The position numbers and the translations under genes are program-made. Source: an uncultured Gammaproteobacteria bacterium (GTDB lineage: Bacteria > Patescibacteriota > Microgenomatia > Woykebacterales > RBG-16-39-9b). From it: a stretch of DNA of 64,000 bases. Positions 50,635-59,847 of the stretch are shown here, piece by piece (within the stretch, counting starts at the first letter, position 1; the number at the start of each line of letters is the position of its first letter). Below the pieces are notes generated by a model, which saw nothing but the letters and a program-made list of their open reading frames with translations, was not told the origin of the DNA and searched no databases. The DNA lies in the NCBI GenBank assembly GCA_964360785.1, contig CAYHXX010000001.1:73334-137333 (forward strand). Direction: 5' to 3'.

Positions 50635-51834
50635 TTAGCTAAATTTTAATCTAATATAGTTTCTTTTTCCAGCTCTTATTATTACTGATTCTTTATTGGT
50701 TGTGAATTCTTCCTTCGGGTCAAAAATTCTTTTACCGTCAAATTCTACCCCACCTTGTTCTGCCAATCTAATTGCCTGTGAATTACTTTCACAAAGACCT
50801 GTTTCTACCAAAAAGTAGAGGTACGGTTTTGGCATGAGGTTTTTCGAAAGTTCAACCTCCTTTATATTTGCGGGCAATTGCTTTTTTTGGACTACAAATT
50901 CAAACTGAGCTTGAGCCTTTGTGGCCTCGTCTTCGCCAGAATATAGTTTAGTTATTTCAAAGGCTAGTTTCTTTTTCAAATTTATTGGGTTTTCCTTTTC
51001 AGAATTCTTCCGAAGTCTTTTCAGCGTTTCTGCATCAAGATCTGTACACATTTCAAAATACTTCCAGATCAGTTCATCCTTTATCCCCATGATTTTGCCG
51101 AACATGTCTGCAGGAATCTCATCTATATCGATCGAGTTTCCAAAGGATTTGCTCATCTTTCGTCCGTCAGTACCCTCAAGAAGCGGCAGTGTAAGGACAA
51201 ACTTTTCTTTACCGTTTAACTCTCGTTGTAAGTCACGGCCGATGAGCATGTTAAAAGTCTGATCTGTGCCTCCGACTTCAAGATCAACATCCAGAGCGAC
51301 GCTATCATAACCTTGCATTACTGGGTAAAGAAATTCGTGTAGACCTATTGGTTTGTTGTTTTTCAATCTTTCTTGGAACATGTCACGTTCGAGAAGTTGT
51401 TGAATTGTAAAGTGGCCTGAGAGTTTGACTACTTCTTCAAAATTAAGCTTTGAAAGCCAAGTACTGTTATAAACGATTTCGGCTGGGTTTTTTCCTTTGA
51501 AACTTAGGATTTTCTCGGCTTGTCTCCTGTAGGATTTGGAATTTTCGAGAACTCGGTCTTTAGTTAATGGTTGTCTAGCAGAACTTCTATCTGTTGGGTC
51601 CCCGATCATTCCGGTGAAATCACCTATCAAAAGAATTATCCTGTGACCCAGATTTTGAAATTCGGCCAATTTGCGCAGGGCAATGGCGTTGCCCAAATGA
51701 ATTTTGGGGCTAGAAGGGTCAATTCCCAAATAAATTTTTAATTTTGTATCCGAGCTGAGTTTCTTGAGAAATGCTTCTTGGTTTGGGTAAATTGCTGAGA
51801 CATTTTTGGTTAACAGAGCATCAAAGAAATTCAT
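50635..51834 (-). CDS. tyrS: Tyrosine--tRNA ligase
   Basis: GIDPS, HLGN, YPVMQGYD, GGTDQ, KMSKS. Confidence 0.97.
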   Translation of the reverse strand: MNFFDALLTKNVSAIYPNQEAFLKKLSSDTKLKIYLGIDPSSPKIHLGNAIALRKLAEFQNLGHRIILLIGDFTGMIGDPTDRSSARQPLTKDRVLENSKSYRRQAEKILSFKGKNPAEIVYNSTWLSKLNFEEVVKLSGHFTIQQLLERDMFQERLKNNKPIGLHEFLYPVMQGYDSVALDVDLEVGGTDQTFNMLIGRDLQRELNGKEKFVLTLPLLEGTDGRKMSKSFGNSIDIDEIPADMFGKIMGIKDELIWKYFEMCTDLDAETLKRLRKNSEKENPINLKKKLAFEITKLYSGEDEATKAQAQFEFVVQKKQLPANIKEVELSKNLMPKPYLYFLVETGLCESNSQAIRLAEQGGVEFDGKRIFDPKEEFTTNKESVIIRAGKRNYIRLKFS

Positions 51835-51907
51835 ACTTTTCGGATAAAGGGAAATTCAAGCTAAATTTATTTCATGATAATGATTTTTGTGGTAAAATAC
51901 AATCCTC

Positions 51908-54451
51908 ATGGCGTACTCAATTCTCCCACCACCACCAAGATATATCAGCCGACTCAAGTCACACCGGCGTTCAAAAAGGCGAAAAATTAAGATTGCCGGA
52001 GCTCTGCTTACAGCCGGCTTTATTTTCTTTATTGTCTCTATCGTTAGTACAGCAGTGGCTTTTGGTTATTTTGCCCGTGGCTTACCCTCTCCCAACGAGC
52101 TCACTAATCGTCAAACTTCACAAAGTACCCAAATCTTTGACCGCAATGGCACCCTACTTTACAACGTTTTTGATGAGCAGAATCGAACTTTAGTGAAGCT
52201 GGATAAGATTCCAAAAGATTTACAGCGCGCTACGATTGCTATTGAAGATAAGAATTTCTACGAACACGAGGGCTTTGATCTTACTGGAATCGCTCGATCT
52301 GCGCGTGAAATAGTAGTCGAGAAACAAGTCCAGGGTGGTTCGACTCTCACTCAACAGCTTGTAAAAAAGGCGCTCCTTTCCGATGAGCGCACCGTCACTC
52401 GAAAAATTAAAGAGCTTATTCTAGCAATTCAAATCGAAAGAAGGTATTCAAAAGACGAAATTCTGCAGATCTACCTCAACGAGATTCCTTACGGTGGTAC
52501 TGCTTGGGGCGTAGAAGCTGCCTCAAATCAATATTTCAACAAACATGTTTCCGAACTCTCCCTTACCGAATCTGTAGTGCTAGCGGGTTTACCTCAGCTT
52601 CCCTCAAAATACTCTCCGTTTGGACCCGATCCGGAAGCGTATATTAGCCGCTCTAAAGATGTGCTGCGCAGGATGCGTGAGGATGGTTATATCACCAAAG
52701 AGCAGGAAGAAAAATCGGTCAAGGAACTACCAACTCTTAAGTTTGCTGCATTCGGGCAGGGTATCAAAGCCCCGCACTTTTCTATCTATGTAAAAAAGAT
52801 CCTTGAAGAAAAATACGGTCAGGAGAAAGTTTTACAAGGAGGTTTGCAAGTAACTACAAGTTTGGATCTTAACTTGCAGAATTTGGCCCAAGATGTTGTC
52901 AATAAACAGATTACTTCAGAACAGAACAGAAAACTAAAAGTCAGCAATGGGGCGGCTGTCATCGAAGATACAAAGACCGGAGAAATTCTTGCTTTGGTTG
53001 GTTCAAAAGATTATTTTGCAACTGATATACCGGGTAATTTTGACGTCGCAACTCAAGGACTCCGACAACCTGGTTCCGCACTCAAACCTTTTAACTACCT
53101 GACTGGATTTAAAGAGGGTTACACACCCGCAACAATGTGGCTAGATGAAAAAACAGATTTTGGTGGTGGTTACGCTCCTGGAAACTATGACGATAAGACC
53201 CACGGTTCCTTGCAAACCCGCTACGCTTTGGCTAATTCCTACAACATCCCGGCGGTAAAACAGTTAGCAGTCGTAGGTTTGCCTGACATGCTTAAAACTC
53301 TCAAAGATTTTGGTATTACCACTTTGAACGAACCAAATAGATATGGCCTTTCACTTACCTTAGGAGGTGGTGCTATCAAACTGTATGAACTTACCAATGC
53401 TTATGCGATTTTAGGAAATGGTGGTAACTATGTTGAGCCGACCGCGATTCTTAAAATAACAGATTCCTCCGGTAAAGTCCTGTTTGAAAAAAAGCCTAAA
53501 GAACCTAAACAAGTTGCCGATCCGGCAAAGGTTTATCTGATCAACAGCATCCTTTCAGACAAAACCGCAAAATACCAGGCCTATGGTAGCTTTTGGGCCA
53601 ACCGTCTTAACTTCCAGGAAAATATCGGGGTTAAGACTGGTACAGCCGAATTGAAAACCGACAACTGGACTTTTGGTTACACCCCAACCTACACAGTTGG
53701 TATTTGGGTCGGGAACAATGACAACAAACCAATGCATCCATCTCTTGCTTCTGGTGTTACCGGTGCAGCCCCAATTTATCGAGAAATTATGGAAACTCTT
53801 CTCAAAGGAAAACCAATCGACAAGTTCGTAAAACCTTCGGGGATAGTTGAAATGGAGGTTGATGCACTCACTGGACAAAAAGCCAGCCCAAGTAGTGGTA
53901 GTAAAAGGATTGAAATTTTTGACAAGACAAATTTGCCACCAGAGGATGATATGCATGTCAAAGTCAGAGTTTGTGCACCAACAGGATTACTCGCAAATGC
54001 CTCTTGTGAGGCTGCTGGGCAAGCAGAAGATCGAGTCTACACAGTTCTTTATGATGCTTATACCAAGCAATTTCAGAATGGGGCAACAAAATGCGATCCT
54101 TGTCCGCCAACGCAAACTGACCCAGGTTCCTACACCATAACTGGGACAAATAAGCCGATAGTTGAAATCACAGTTCCAGCCAAGAATGCCGAGATTTCCA
54201 AAGGCAATAACATTGGTTTTACTGCAATTGTCACAGGCACTTCTGTACCAATAGACAAAGTTATATTTACTCTGCGGAATCTTGCAAGCCCACCAGGTAG
54301 CGAATCAACAAAAACAGTAAACTCTGGTACTTCGCCATTCTCGACTACTTTCAATATCAACTCACCTGGAAGCTATTCTATAAAAGCCAAAGCCCTTGAC
54401 GATTCTGGAAACGAAGGTGAGTCCTCCACAGTGACCTTTACTGTCATCTGA
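51908..54451 (+). CDS. Class A penicillin-binding protein with C-terminal Ig-like domain
   Basis: EDKNFYEH, GGSTLTQQLVK, RKIKE, SALKP, SYN, KTG. Confidence 0.95.
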   Translation: MAYSILPPPPRYISRLKSHRRSKRRKIKIAGALLTAGFIFFIVSIVSTAVAFGYFARGLPSPNELTNRQTSQSTQIFDRNGTLLYNVFDEQNRTLVKLDKIPKDLQRATIAIEDKNFYEHEGFDLTGIARSAREIVVEKQVQGGSTLTQQLVKKALLSDERTVTRKIKELILAIQIERRYSKDEILQIYLNEIPYGGTAWGVEAASNQYFNKHVSELSLTESVVLAGLPQLPSKYSPFGPDPEAYISRSKDVLRRMREDGYITKEQEEKSVKELPTLKFAAFGQGIKAPHFSIYVKKILEEKYGQEKVLQGGLQVTTSLDLNLQNLAQDVVNKQITSEQNRKLKVSNGAAVIEDTKTGEILALVGSKDYFATDIPGNFDVATQGLRQPGSALKPFNYLTGFKEGYTPATMWLDEKTDFGGGYAPGNYDDKTHGSLQTRYALANSYNIPAVKQLAVVGLPDMLKTLKDFGITTLNEPNRYGLSLTLGGGAIKLYELTNAYAILGNGGNYVEPTAILKITDSSGKVLFEKKPKEPKQVADPAKVYLINSILSDKTAKYQAYGSFWANRLNFQENIGVKTGTAELKTDNWTFGYTPTYTVGIWVGNNDNKPMHPSLASGVTGAAPIYREIMETLLKGKPIDKFVKPSGIVEMEVDALTGQKASPSSGSKRIEIFDKTNLPPEDDMHVKVRVCAPTGLLANASCEAAGQAEDRVYTVLYDAYTKQFQNGATKCDPCPPTQTDPGSYTITGTNKPIVEITVPAKNAEISKGNNIGFTAIVTGTSVPIDKVIFTLRNLASPPGSESTKTVNSGTSPFSTTFNINSPGSYSIKAKALDDSGNEGESSTVTFTVI

Positions 54452-54529
54452 ACAAATTCGCCGCTTCTTTGTTGTAATTCCATGTAAAATATGTTAATCA
54501 GTTGTCTATTGCTGGGAGAAAGGGTCGAC

Positions 54530-54790
54530 ATGACTAGTCAAGAAAGGGACAAGAGAGATCTCGTTAGGGACTTGCAGAGAGCGATCCGCTCAAACGGCCT
54601 GGCCGGTTTTCGAGTGGAAGAAGCTCTTTCCAAGGGTCCAGTTCCTCGGATCCTGAACGACCTGCGCAGGTATCCGAACATCCCTAGCATCGTGGCACGG
54701 CAAACCATCTTCCGCGACACGTTCGCCGCGATGAAGATGGAGGAAGCAACAACAGCGAACACAGTCGGCCGGAGGCCAGTAGCCGTTTAG
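54530..54790 (+). CDS. Small hypothetical protein
   Basis: GC-rich 86-aa ORF with purine-rich SD-like leader; hairpin at about 54849-54878. Confidence 0.55.
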   Translation: MTSQERDKRDLVRDLQRAIRSNGLAGFRVEEALSKGPVPRILNDLRRYPNIPSIVARQTIFRDTFAAMKMEEATTANTVGRRPVAV

Positions 54791-54875
54791 GGAGGTAGTC
54801 CAGGTGAAGGATGAACCTGGTACAAGCAAGTATTGCCCAGCAATCACCTAGCCGTCACGAAGGAATTTGTGGCGG

Positions 54876-56864
54876 CTACTCTTTTCTGACGCTAGCTTTA
54901 AATTTTGATTCGAGAAGTTTAGATATTTTCCGACGAACCTGTTCTACTTCTTTACTTTGCAGCGTTTTTTCAAGGTCCAGAAATTCTAAACTCAGAGTTA
55001 TTGAACGGCCTTTACTACTCCTAAATTCATCAGCTAGTTCAACCTTATAGACGAGTTTATCCAATCTGTAGAGCTGCTTTATTATATCGCCAACCAATGT
55101 TTTGTCAGCAATGAAAAACGAAATGTCTTCCTTGATGCTTGGGTATTTGGGTACTGGGGTATATTTGGACTCTTCTGGAATTTTCAAAAATTCGAAGTTC
55201 ACTTCAAGAGCAAAAATATCTTTTTCTTCAATTTTATTTAGCTCTAGTAATTGCTCGTCCAGTCTTCCGAGAACTCCGAATTGAGACCCTCGCAAACTTA
55301 AGGTTAGCTTCTGGGAGAAAATTTTGTCTTTCTCTGCTGCGGACTCAAGGACATTTAGATCAAGACTTTTCCATAATTCGTTTACAACACCCTTGAATTG
55401 TGCCAAAGACCCTTTGTAAATCAAAGCAAGTTTTAATGGTTGTTGTGGTAAATTGGTTGTCTTGTCAATGGTTTTTTCAAATGTCTTAGCGATCTCAAAA
55501 AAACCTAATTCTTCGTAACCTGGGTTTGCAGAGATTGCCTTGATTGCGTTGATCAGAAGAGTGGGTCGAAGATACTCAAAATCACTACTTGCAGGATTTT
55601 TTACCTTTAGACAGTTTTCTAAAGTATAGCCAAATTCTTGGCAATCCTCTTTGGAAATTAAAGTGTAGCCTGTAACCTCGTTAAATCCGTTTCGAAGTAA
55701 AAATCTTCTGACAAATTCTTCACTATCCTTTTCAAAAACCTCAGCTGTTTGTGGTAAGTCTCCTTTTGGAAGAGTTTTGGGTAGATTGTTATACCCAAAA
55801 AGCCTAGAGATCTCCTCGAGGATATCTTCTTCTATTTGAATATCGGTTCGAAAAGAAGGTATTTGAATTTCAAAGGCATCTTCTTTTACTTTTGAACTTC
55901 GTAGAATAAAGCCTGCGGAGGAGAGAATCTCATTAATCTGGGTATCTGTGAGTGAAATACCGATAACTTTGGGGATTAAGTTTTTATCAAAAGTAAGGAG
56001 TTTTTCTTCTACCTTTGGAGTAGAAGTAATCTTACTCGCGATTCTAGCATTAGCAAGTTCGAAAAAAAGCTTAACTGCTCGGTCAAGAGCAAAAGGGTGC
56101 ATGTTCGGGTCAAGTTTCTTCTCAAATCGATTTGACGCTTCAGTCCGTAGGTTTGTGGACATTGAGGTTTTACGTATAGTTTGGGGATCGTATATCGGAC
56201 ATATGAGTAGTATATCTTTGGTTTTTGCATCGATCTCACTGTTTTGCCCACCCATCAGTCCGGCGAGATCAATAATTTGTTTCTCGTCTTCAATAACGAT
56301 TGCTCCTCGTGGAAGCTTCCGTTCTTGCCCATCCAAGGTGATAAGGATTTCTCCCTCCAAGGCTCCGCGTAAAGTCAGTTGACCAGCTATTTTATTTGCA
56401 TCAAATGCGTGCATTGGTTGTCCAAGCTCTAGCATCACAAAGTTTGTGATATCAACGACATTATTGATAGAACGTACACCAGCTAGGTTCAAATAATCTT
56501 TCATCCAGGTTGGGGACTTGTCGAATTTCACCCCACTCAGACGAACAAGACTGTAGTACGGACAGAGCTTTCTATCCTTTACTCTGAAATCGACTTTACT
56601 AGAGACTACTTTCGGAGGAAGCAGTAGGTCTGTATCGGGGAGTTTAAACTCTGAGTGTTCAACGGCTGCTAGTTCTCTGGCCACGCCAACAATTGAAAGT
56701 GTGTCAGGTCTATTAGGAGTGATCTCCAATTCAAAGACTAGCTCCTTTCCAACTTTTTTTATCTGCTCAACCTTTGTTCCAGCAAGTAATAGTTTTTCTG
56801 CTATCTTTTCCGGCGAACTTTTTGTCGAAACGTATTCTTTTATCCAACTTAGAGGAGCTAACAT
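54876..56864 (-). CDS. pheT: Phenylalanine--tRNA ligase beta subunit (lacks OB/B2 domain)
   Basis: EITPNRPD soon after the N-terminus, NNVVDITN, GQPMHAFD, RTDI..EEDILEEI. Confidence 0.95.
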   Translation of the reverse strand: MLAPLSWIKEYVSTKSSPEKIAEKLLLAGTKVEQIKKVGKELVFELEITPNRPDTLSIVGVARELAAVEHSEFKLPDTDLLLPPKVVSSKVDFRVKDRKLCPYYSLVRLSGVKFDKSPTWMKDYLNLAGVRSINNVVDITNFVMLELGQPMHAFDANKIAGQLTLRGALEGEILITLDGQERKLPRGAIVIEDEKQIIDLAGLMGGQNSEIDAKTKDILLICPIYDPQTIRKTSMSTNLRTEASNRFEKKLDPNMHPFALDRAVKLFFELANARIASKITSTPKVEEKLLTFDKNLIPKVIGISLTDTQINEILSSAGFILRSSKVKEDAFEIQIPSFRTDIQIEEDILEEISRLFGYNNLPKTLPKGDLPQTAEVFEKDSEEFVRRFLLRNGFNEVTGYTLISKEDCQEFGYTLENCLKVKNPASSDFEYLRPTLLINAIKAISANPGYEELGFFEIAKTFEKTIDKTTNLPQQPLKLALIYKGSLAQFKGVVNELWKSLDLNVLESAAEKDKIFSQKLTLSLRGSQFGVLGRLDEQLLELNKIEEKDIFALEVNFEFLKIPEESKYTPVPKYPSIKEDISFFIADKTLVGDIIKQLYRLDKLVYKVELADEFRSSKGRSITLSLEFLDLEKTLQSKEVEQVRRKISKLLESKFKASVRKE

Positions 56865-56867
56865 AAT

Positions 56868-57863
56868 TTAAAATTGTTCCAAAAACCTCATATCATTTCC
56901 ATAAAAAAGTCTGATGTCCTCAATACCGTATTTAAGCATAGCTATGCGCTCTGGACCCATACCAAAAGCAAAACCAGTGTATTTCTTGGGATCAATGTTG
57001 CAATTTTTCAAGACCTCAGGATGGACCATCCCAGCACCCATGATTTCAAGCCATCTACCGCTTTTGTGAAGCACCTCAACCTCAATCGAAGGCTCGGTAT
57101 AAGGAAAGTGGTGACCGTAAATTCTAGTTTTTGTGTTTTTCCCAAACATCTTCTTTGCAAAAAACTCTAGAGTACCAAGTAAATCTGTCAGTTTAACGTT
57201 CTGATCCACCAACAAACCCTCGACTTGGTAAAAAGCTGGTAGATGAGTAGCGTCAATTTGTTCGACTCTGTACACCCTTCCAGGAAAGAGCATTCGAATC
57301 GGTGGTTTGTGAGTTTCCATGTAGCGAACCTGCATGGTTGATGTCTGAGTTCGCAGGAGTACTTCATCATCAATATAGTACGTTTGTTGTAAATCTCGGG
57401 CCGGGTGATCTTTGTGTAAGCGCAGTTTCTGAAAATTGTAGAGATCAAACTCGACTTCTGGTCCGTCTTGCCAGGCAAAACCAAGATAGTGAAAAATTTC
57501 CTTTATCTCGCTGATAACCTGCAAGGTTGGGTGTTCGTGGCCATAATCTGGCTGCCCGCCGGGTAGTGATAAATCCTCAGAAGAAAATTCATGTTTTTTA
57601 GGTGTTTGTGTTTTAGCCACCTCGAACTTGAACCCCGCTAGTTGACCCCCCACAAATTTTTTAAGTTTATTTAGGCTCGGGACTATCTTCCTTTTTTGCT
57701 CGTCCGGAAGTTTTGGTATTTCGGAAAAAAGACCTGTAATTTTACCCTGCTTTCGACCAATATATTCAACGCGGAGTTTTTCCAATTCTTCTGGTGAACC
57801 AACTTTTTTTAAGGAATCAACGAACGATTTTCGTAACTCCTCTATTTTAGCTTCGCTCAGCAT
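56868..57863 (-). CDS. pheS: Phenylalanine--tRNA ligase alpha subunit
   Basis: HPARD, LLRTQTS, FPYTEPS, GFAFGMGPER. Confidence 0.97.
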   Translation of the reverse strand: MLSEAKIEELRKSFVDSLKKVGSPEELEKLRVEYIGRKQGKITGLFSEIPKLPDEQKRKIVPSLNKLKKFVGGQLAGFKFEVAKTQTPKKHEFSSEDLSLPGGQPDYGHEHPTLQVISEIKEIFHYLGFAWQDGPEVEFDLYNFQKLRLHKDHPARDLQQTYYIDDEVLLRTQTSTMQVRYMETHKPPIRMLFPGRVYRVEQIDATHLPAFYQVEGLLVDQNVKLTDLLGTLEFFAKKMFGKNTKTRIYGHHFPYTEPSIEVEVLHKSGRWLEIMGAGMVHPEVLKNCNIDPKKYTGFAFGMGPERIAMLKYGIEDIRLFYGNDMRFLEQF

Positions 57864-57950
57864 TAACCAATAATAACAGAAAGTAGAGATTTCAAACAAC
57901 AAAGTACTAAGATTATTTTGTGATGGTTAATTGAAAAAAATACGAGGACG

Positions 57951-58067
57951 TGTTCTTGTTAGGAAACAAGAATAATCAGACTTGTTTTTGTTAGGAAACA
58001 AAAATCGACCCGGAGATGGGAAGCTCACGCCTGCCCTACATGAGCCTCCCACTTCAGAGTCGATTAC
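57951..58067 (-). ncRNA. Candidate small structured RNA or pheS leader
   Basis: TTGACT-17-TATACT promoter (58102-58074); long hairpin 58003-58065; two tandem covarying hairpins. Confidence 0.5.
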
Positions 58068-58175
58068 AAAGAAAGTATAGCACAATAACTTCGTAAAGTC
58101 AAGACTATGGGGCTGGAGATATCAACTGCTATAAGATAGCGTATGTTATTAGCTTGTTTTATCAGTCCAAATTGC

Positions 58176-58508
58176 CTAGGAAATAATCTTTTTGAAAGAT
58201 TTTGGATCTGTCTCTGCTATGTCAGCAAGTATCTTTCGATCTAGCTCGACTTTACTCTTTTTCAAATTGGAAATGAATGTACTGTAGGAGAGTTCCTCAC
58301 CTAAAGCTGCATTGATTTTAGTGATCCAGAGAGTTCTTTTTTGTTGCTTTCTCTGTTTACGACCAGCATAAGCATAACTCCCAGCATGCATGACTGCCTC
58401 TTTCGCTGTGCGCACTAGTTTACTGCGTGCTCCAAAATAACCCTTGGCTGCCTTAAGGATTTTCTTGTGTTTTTGTCTTTTAGTTGTACCTTTTTTTACT
58501 CTAGACAT
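58176..58508 (-). CDS. rplT: 50S ribosomal protein L20
   Basis: MSRVKKG, AKGYFGARS, LWITKINAA, DRKILA. Confidence 0.97.
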   Translation of the reverse strand: MSRVKKGTTKRQKHKKILKAAKGYFGARSKLVRTAKEAVMHAGSYAYAGRKQRKQQKRTLWITKINAALGEELSYSTFISNLKKSKVELDRKILADIAETDPKSFKKIIS

Positions 58509-58509
58509 G

Positions 58510-58701
58510 TTATTTCGTTAACAACTTTTTAATTTTATTACGATCAGCACTTGCGACTTCTTTTGGTTCAAGTTGTGAACGCAAGCGTCTTGCGGACTTG
58601 TGTTGCTTCAAATGGGAACTCAAACCACCTTTTCTCAAAATCTTTCCGGTAGAAGTGAGTCTGAATCTTTTTTTAACTGCTTTTTTTGTTTTTGCTTTCA
58701 T
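58510..58701 (-). CDS. rpmI: 50S ribosomal protein L35
   Basis: KTKKAVKKRFRLTSTGKI. Confidence 0.95.
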   Translation of the reverse strand: MKAKTKKAVKKRFRLTSTGKILRKGGLSSHLKQHKSARRLRSQLEPKEVASADRNKIKKLLTK

Positions 58702-58703
58702 AT

Positions 58704-59246
58704 CTATTTTCTTATTGGGTTGAATGCAAGGCTTAAATTGCGTCCAAACATTTTCGGAAACCCATCCGCTATCCCCGCTTCTGCAAGGTAGAGCTTTGCT
58801 TTTTCCAAGACTTCATATCCAAATTCCTTGTGCGCCATTTCCCGCCCGGAAAATTTCACAGTTAATTTTACCCTATCACCGTTTTCAAAAAATTCCTTTG
58901 CTCGTTTCAACCTATTTTCCAAATCATGAGGGCTAATCAACGGCCCAAGCCAAATTTCCTTTGTGTCGATCTGATGAGTGTTTTTTCGAGCAACTCTTTC
59001 CTTCTTGGCTTCTTCGTATTTAAATTTCTTAAAGTCTACTATTTTTACTACTGGAGGCTTCGCCGTAGGAGCTACCTCAACCAAATCCAGCTCTTGCTCC
59101 CGTGCCATCTTCAGCGCTTCTTCGATTCTAAGAACTCCGACCTGCTTACCAGCTTGATCCAATACTCGAACTTGCGGTACACGAATATTGTTGTTAACTT
59201 TGTAATACTTTCCGATTGTTTTTCTCTTTCTAGGAGCGTTTCTTAA
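58704..59246 (-). CDS. infC: Translation initiation factor IF-3 (non-canonical start)
   Basis: Frame extends upstream of the listed ORF through VNNNIRVPQVRVLD; LDLVEVAP..KPPV; FSGRE; AAGGAG then TTA at 59246. Confidence 0.93.
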   Translation of the reverse strand, partial: LRNAPRKRKTIGKYYKVNNNIRVPQVRVLDQAGKQVGVLRIEEALKMAREQELDLVEVAPTAKPPVVKIVDFKKFKYEEAKKERVARKNTHQIDTKEIWLGPLISPHDLENRLKRAKEFFENGDRVKLTVKFSGREMAHKEFGYEVLEKAKLYLAEAGIADGFPKMFGRNLSLAFNPIRK

Positions 59247-59259
59247 ACTAACTCCTTAT

Positions 59260-59847
59260 TTATCTAAGCGCTTGTTCTATCTGATTTAGGCTAATCTCGC
59301 CTTCCCTAACCATATTATACTTTCCATCTTCAAAAACTAATATAGTTGAAGGTTTCTTAGCTTCAGGTTCAATATCGACAACGTAGTCTACCAGGCTCGC
59401 TAGGTTCTTGTCAATCTCGGTGAAAGTTCTTGCAGGTTGACCCCCTTGGAAATTTGCAGATGGTGCCAGCAGGGGCGTATCGAGCCCGCCTTGAAGCTGC
59501 TGGATAAACGGATGGGAAGAAACCCTCACCCCAAGGGTATCCCCTGGCCCTAGGAGGCTATCTGGGACCTGTTTTCGTACAGGTAAACAAAGGGTAAGAT
59601 GTCCTGGCCAAAAGGCCTCAGCGAGCTTTATAGCAGTTTGATTGAAGTTCACCCACTCATGTGCCTGATTTAAATCTTTCACCAGTACAGCAGTTGGCTT
59701 AGTTGCGTCCCTTTTCCTGATTGAGTACAATTTCTCAATCGAGTCCTCCTTATTAATTAGACAACCAATACCATAGACGGTTTCCGTAGGAAAGATTACA
59801 ATCCCACCAGAGTTTAGGACTCTCGCAGCTCTAGTTACTTGGTTCAT
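59260..59847 (-). CDS. tsaC: L-threonylcarbamoyladenylate synthase (TsaC/Sua5)
   Basis: FPTETVYGIG, FWPG.LT, APSAN, PST. Confidence 0.93.
   Translation of the reverse strand: MNQVTRAARVLNSGGIVIFPTETVYGIGCLINKEDSIEKLYSIRKRDATKPTAVLVKDLNQAHEWVNFNQTAIKLAEAFWPGHLTLCLPVRKQVPDSLLGPGDTLGVRVSSHPFIQQLQGGLDTPLLAPSANFQGGQPARTFTEIDKNLASLVDYVVDIEPEAKKPSTILVFEDGKYNMVREGEISLNQIEQALR

Noticed and set aside
57951-58004. CRISPR array
   Set aside because: Only two 22-nt repeats with a 10-nt gap; no cas genes in the window
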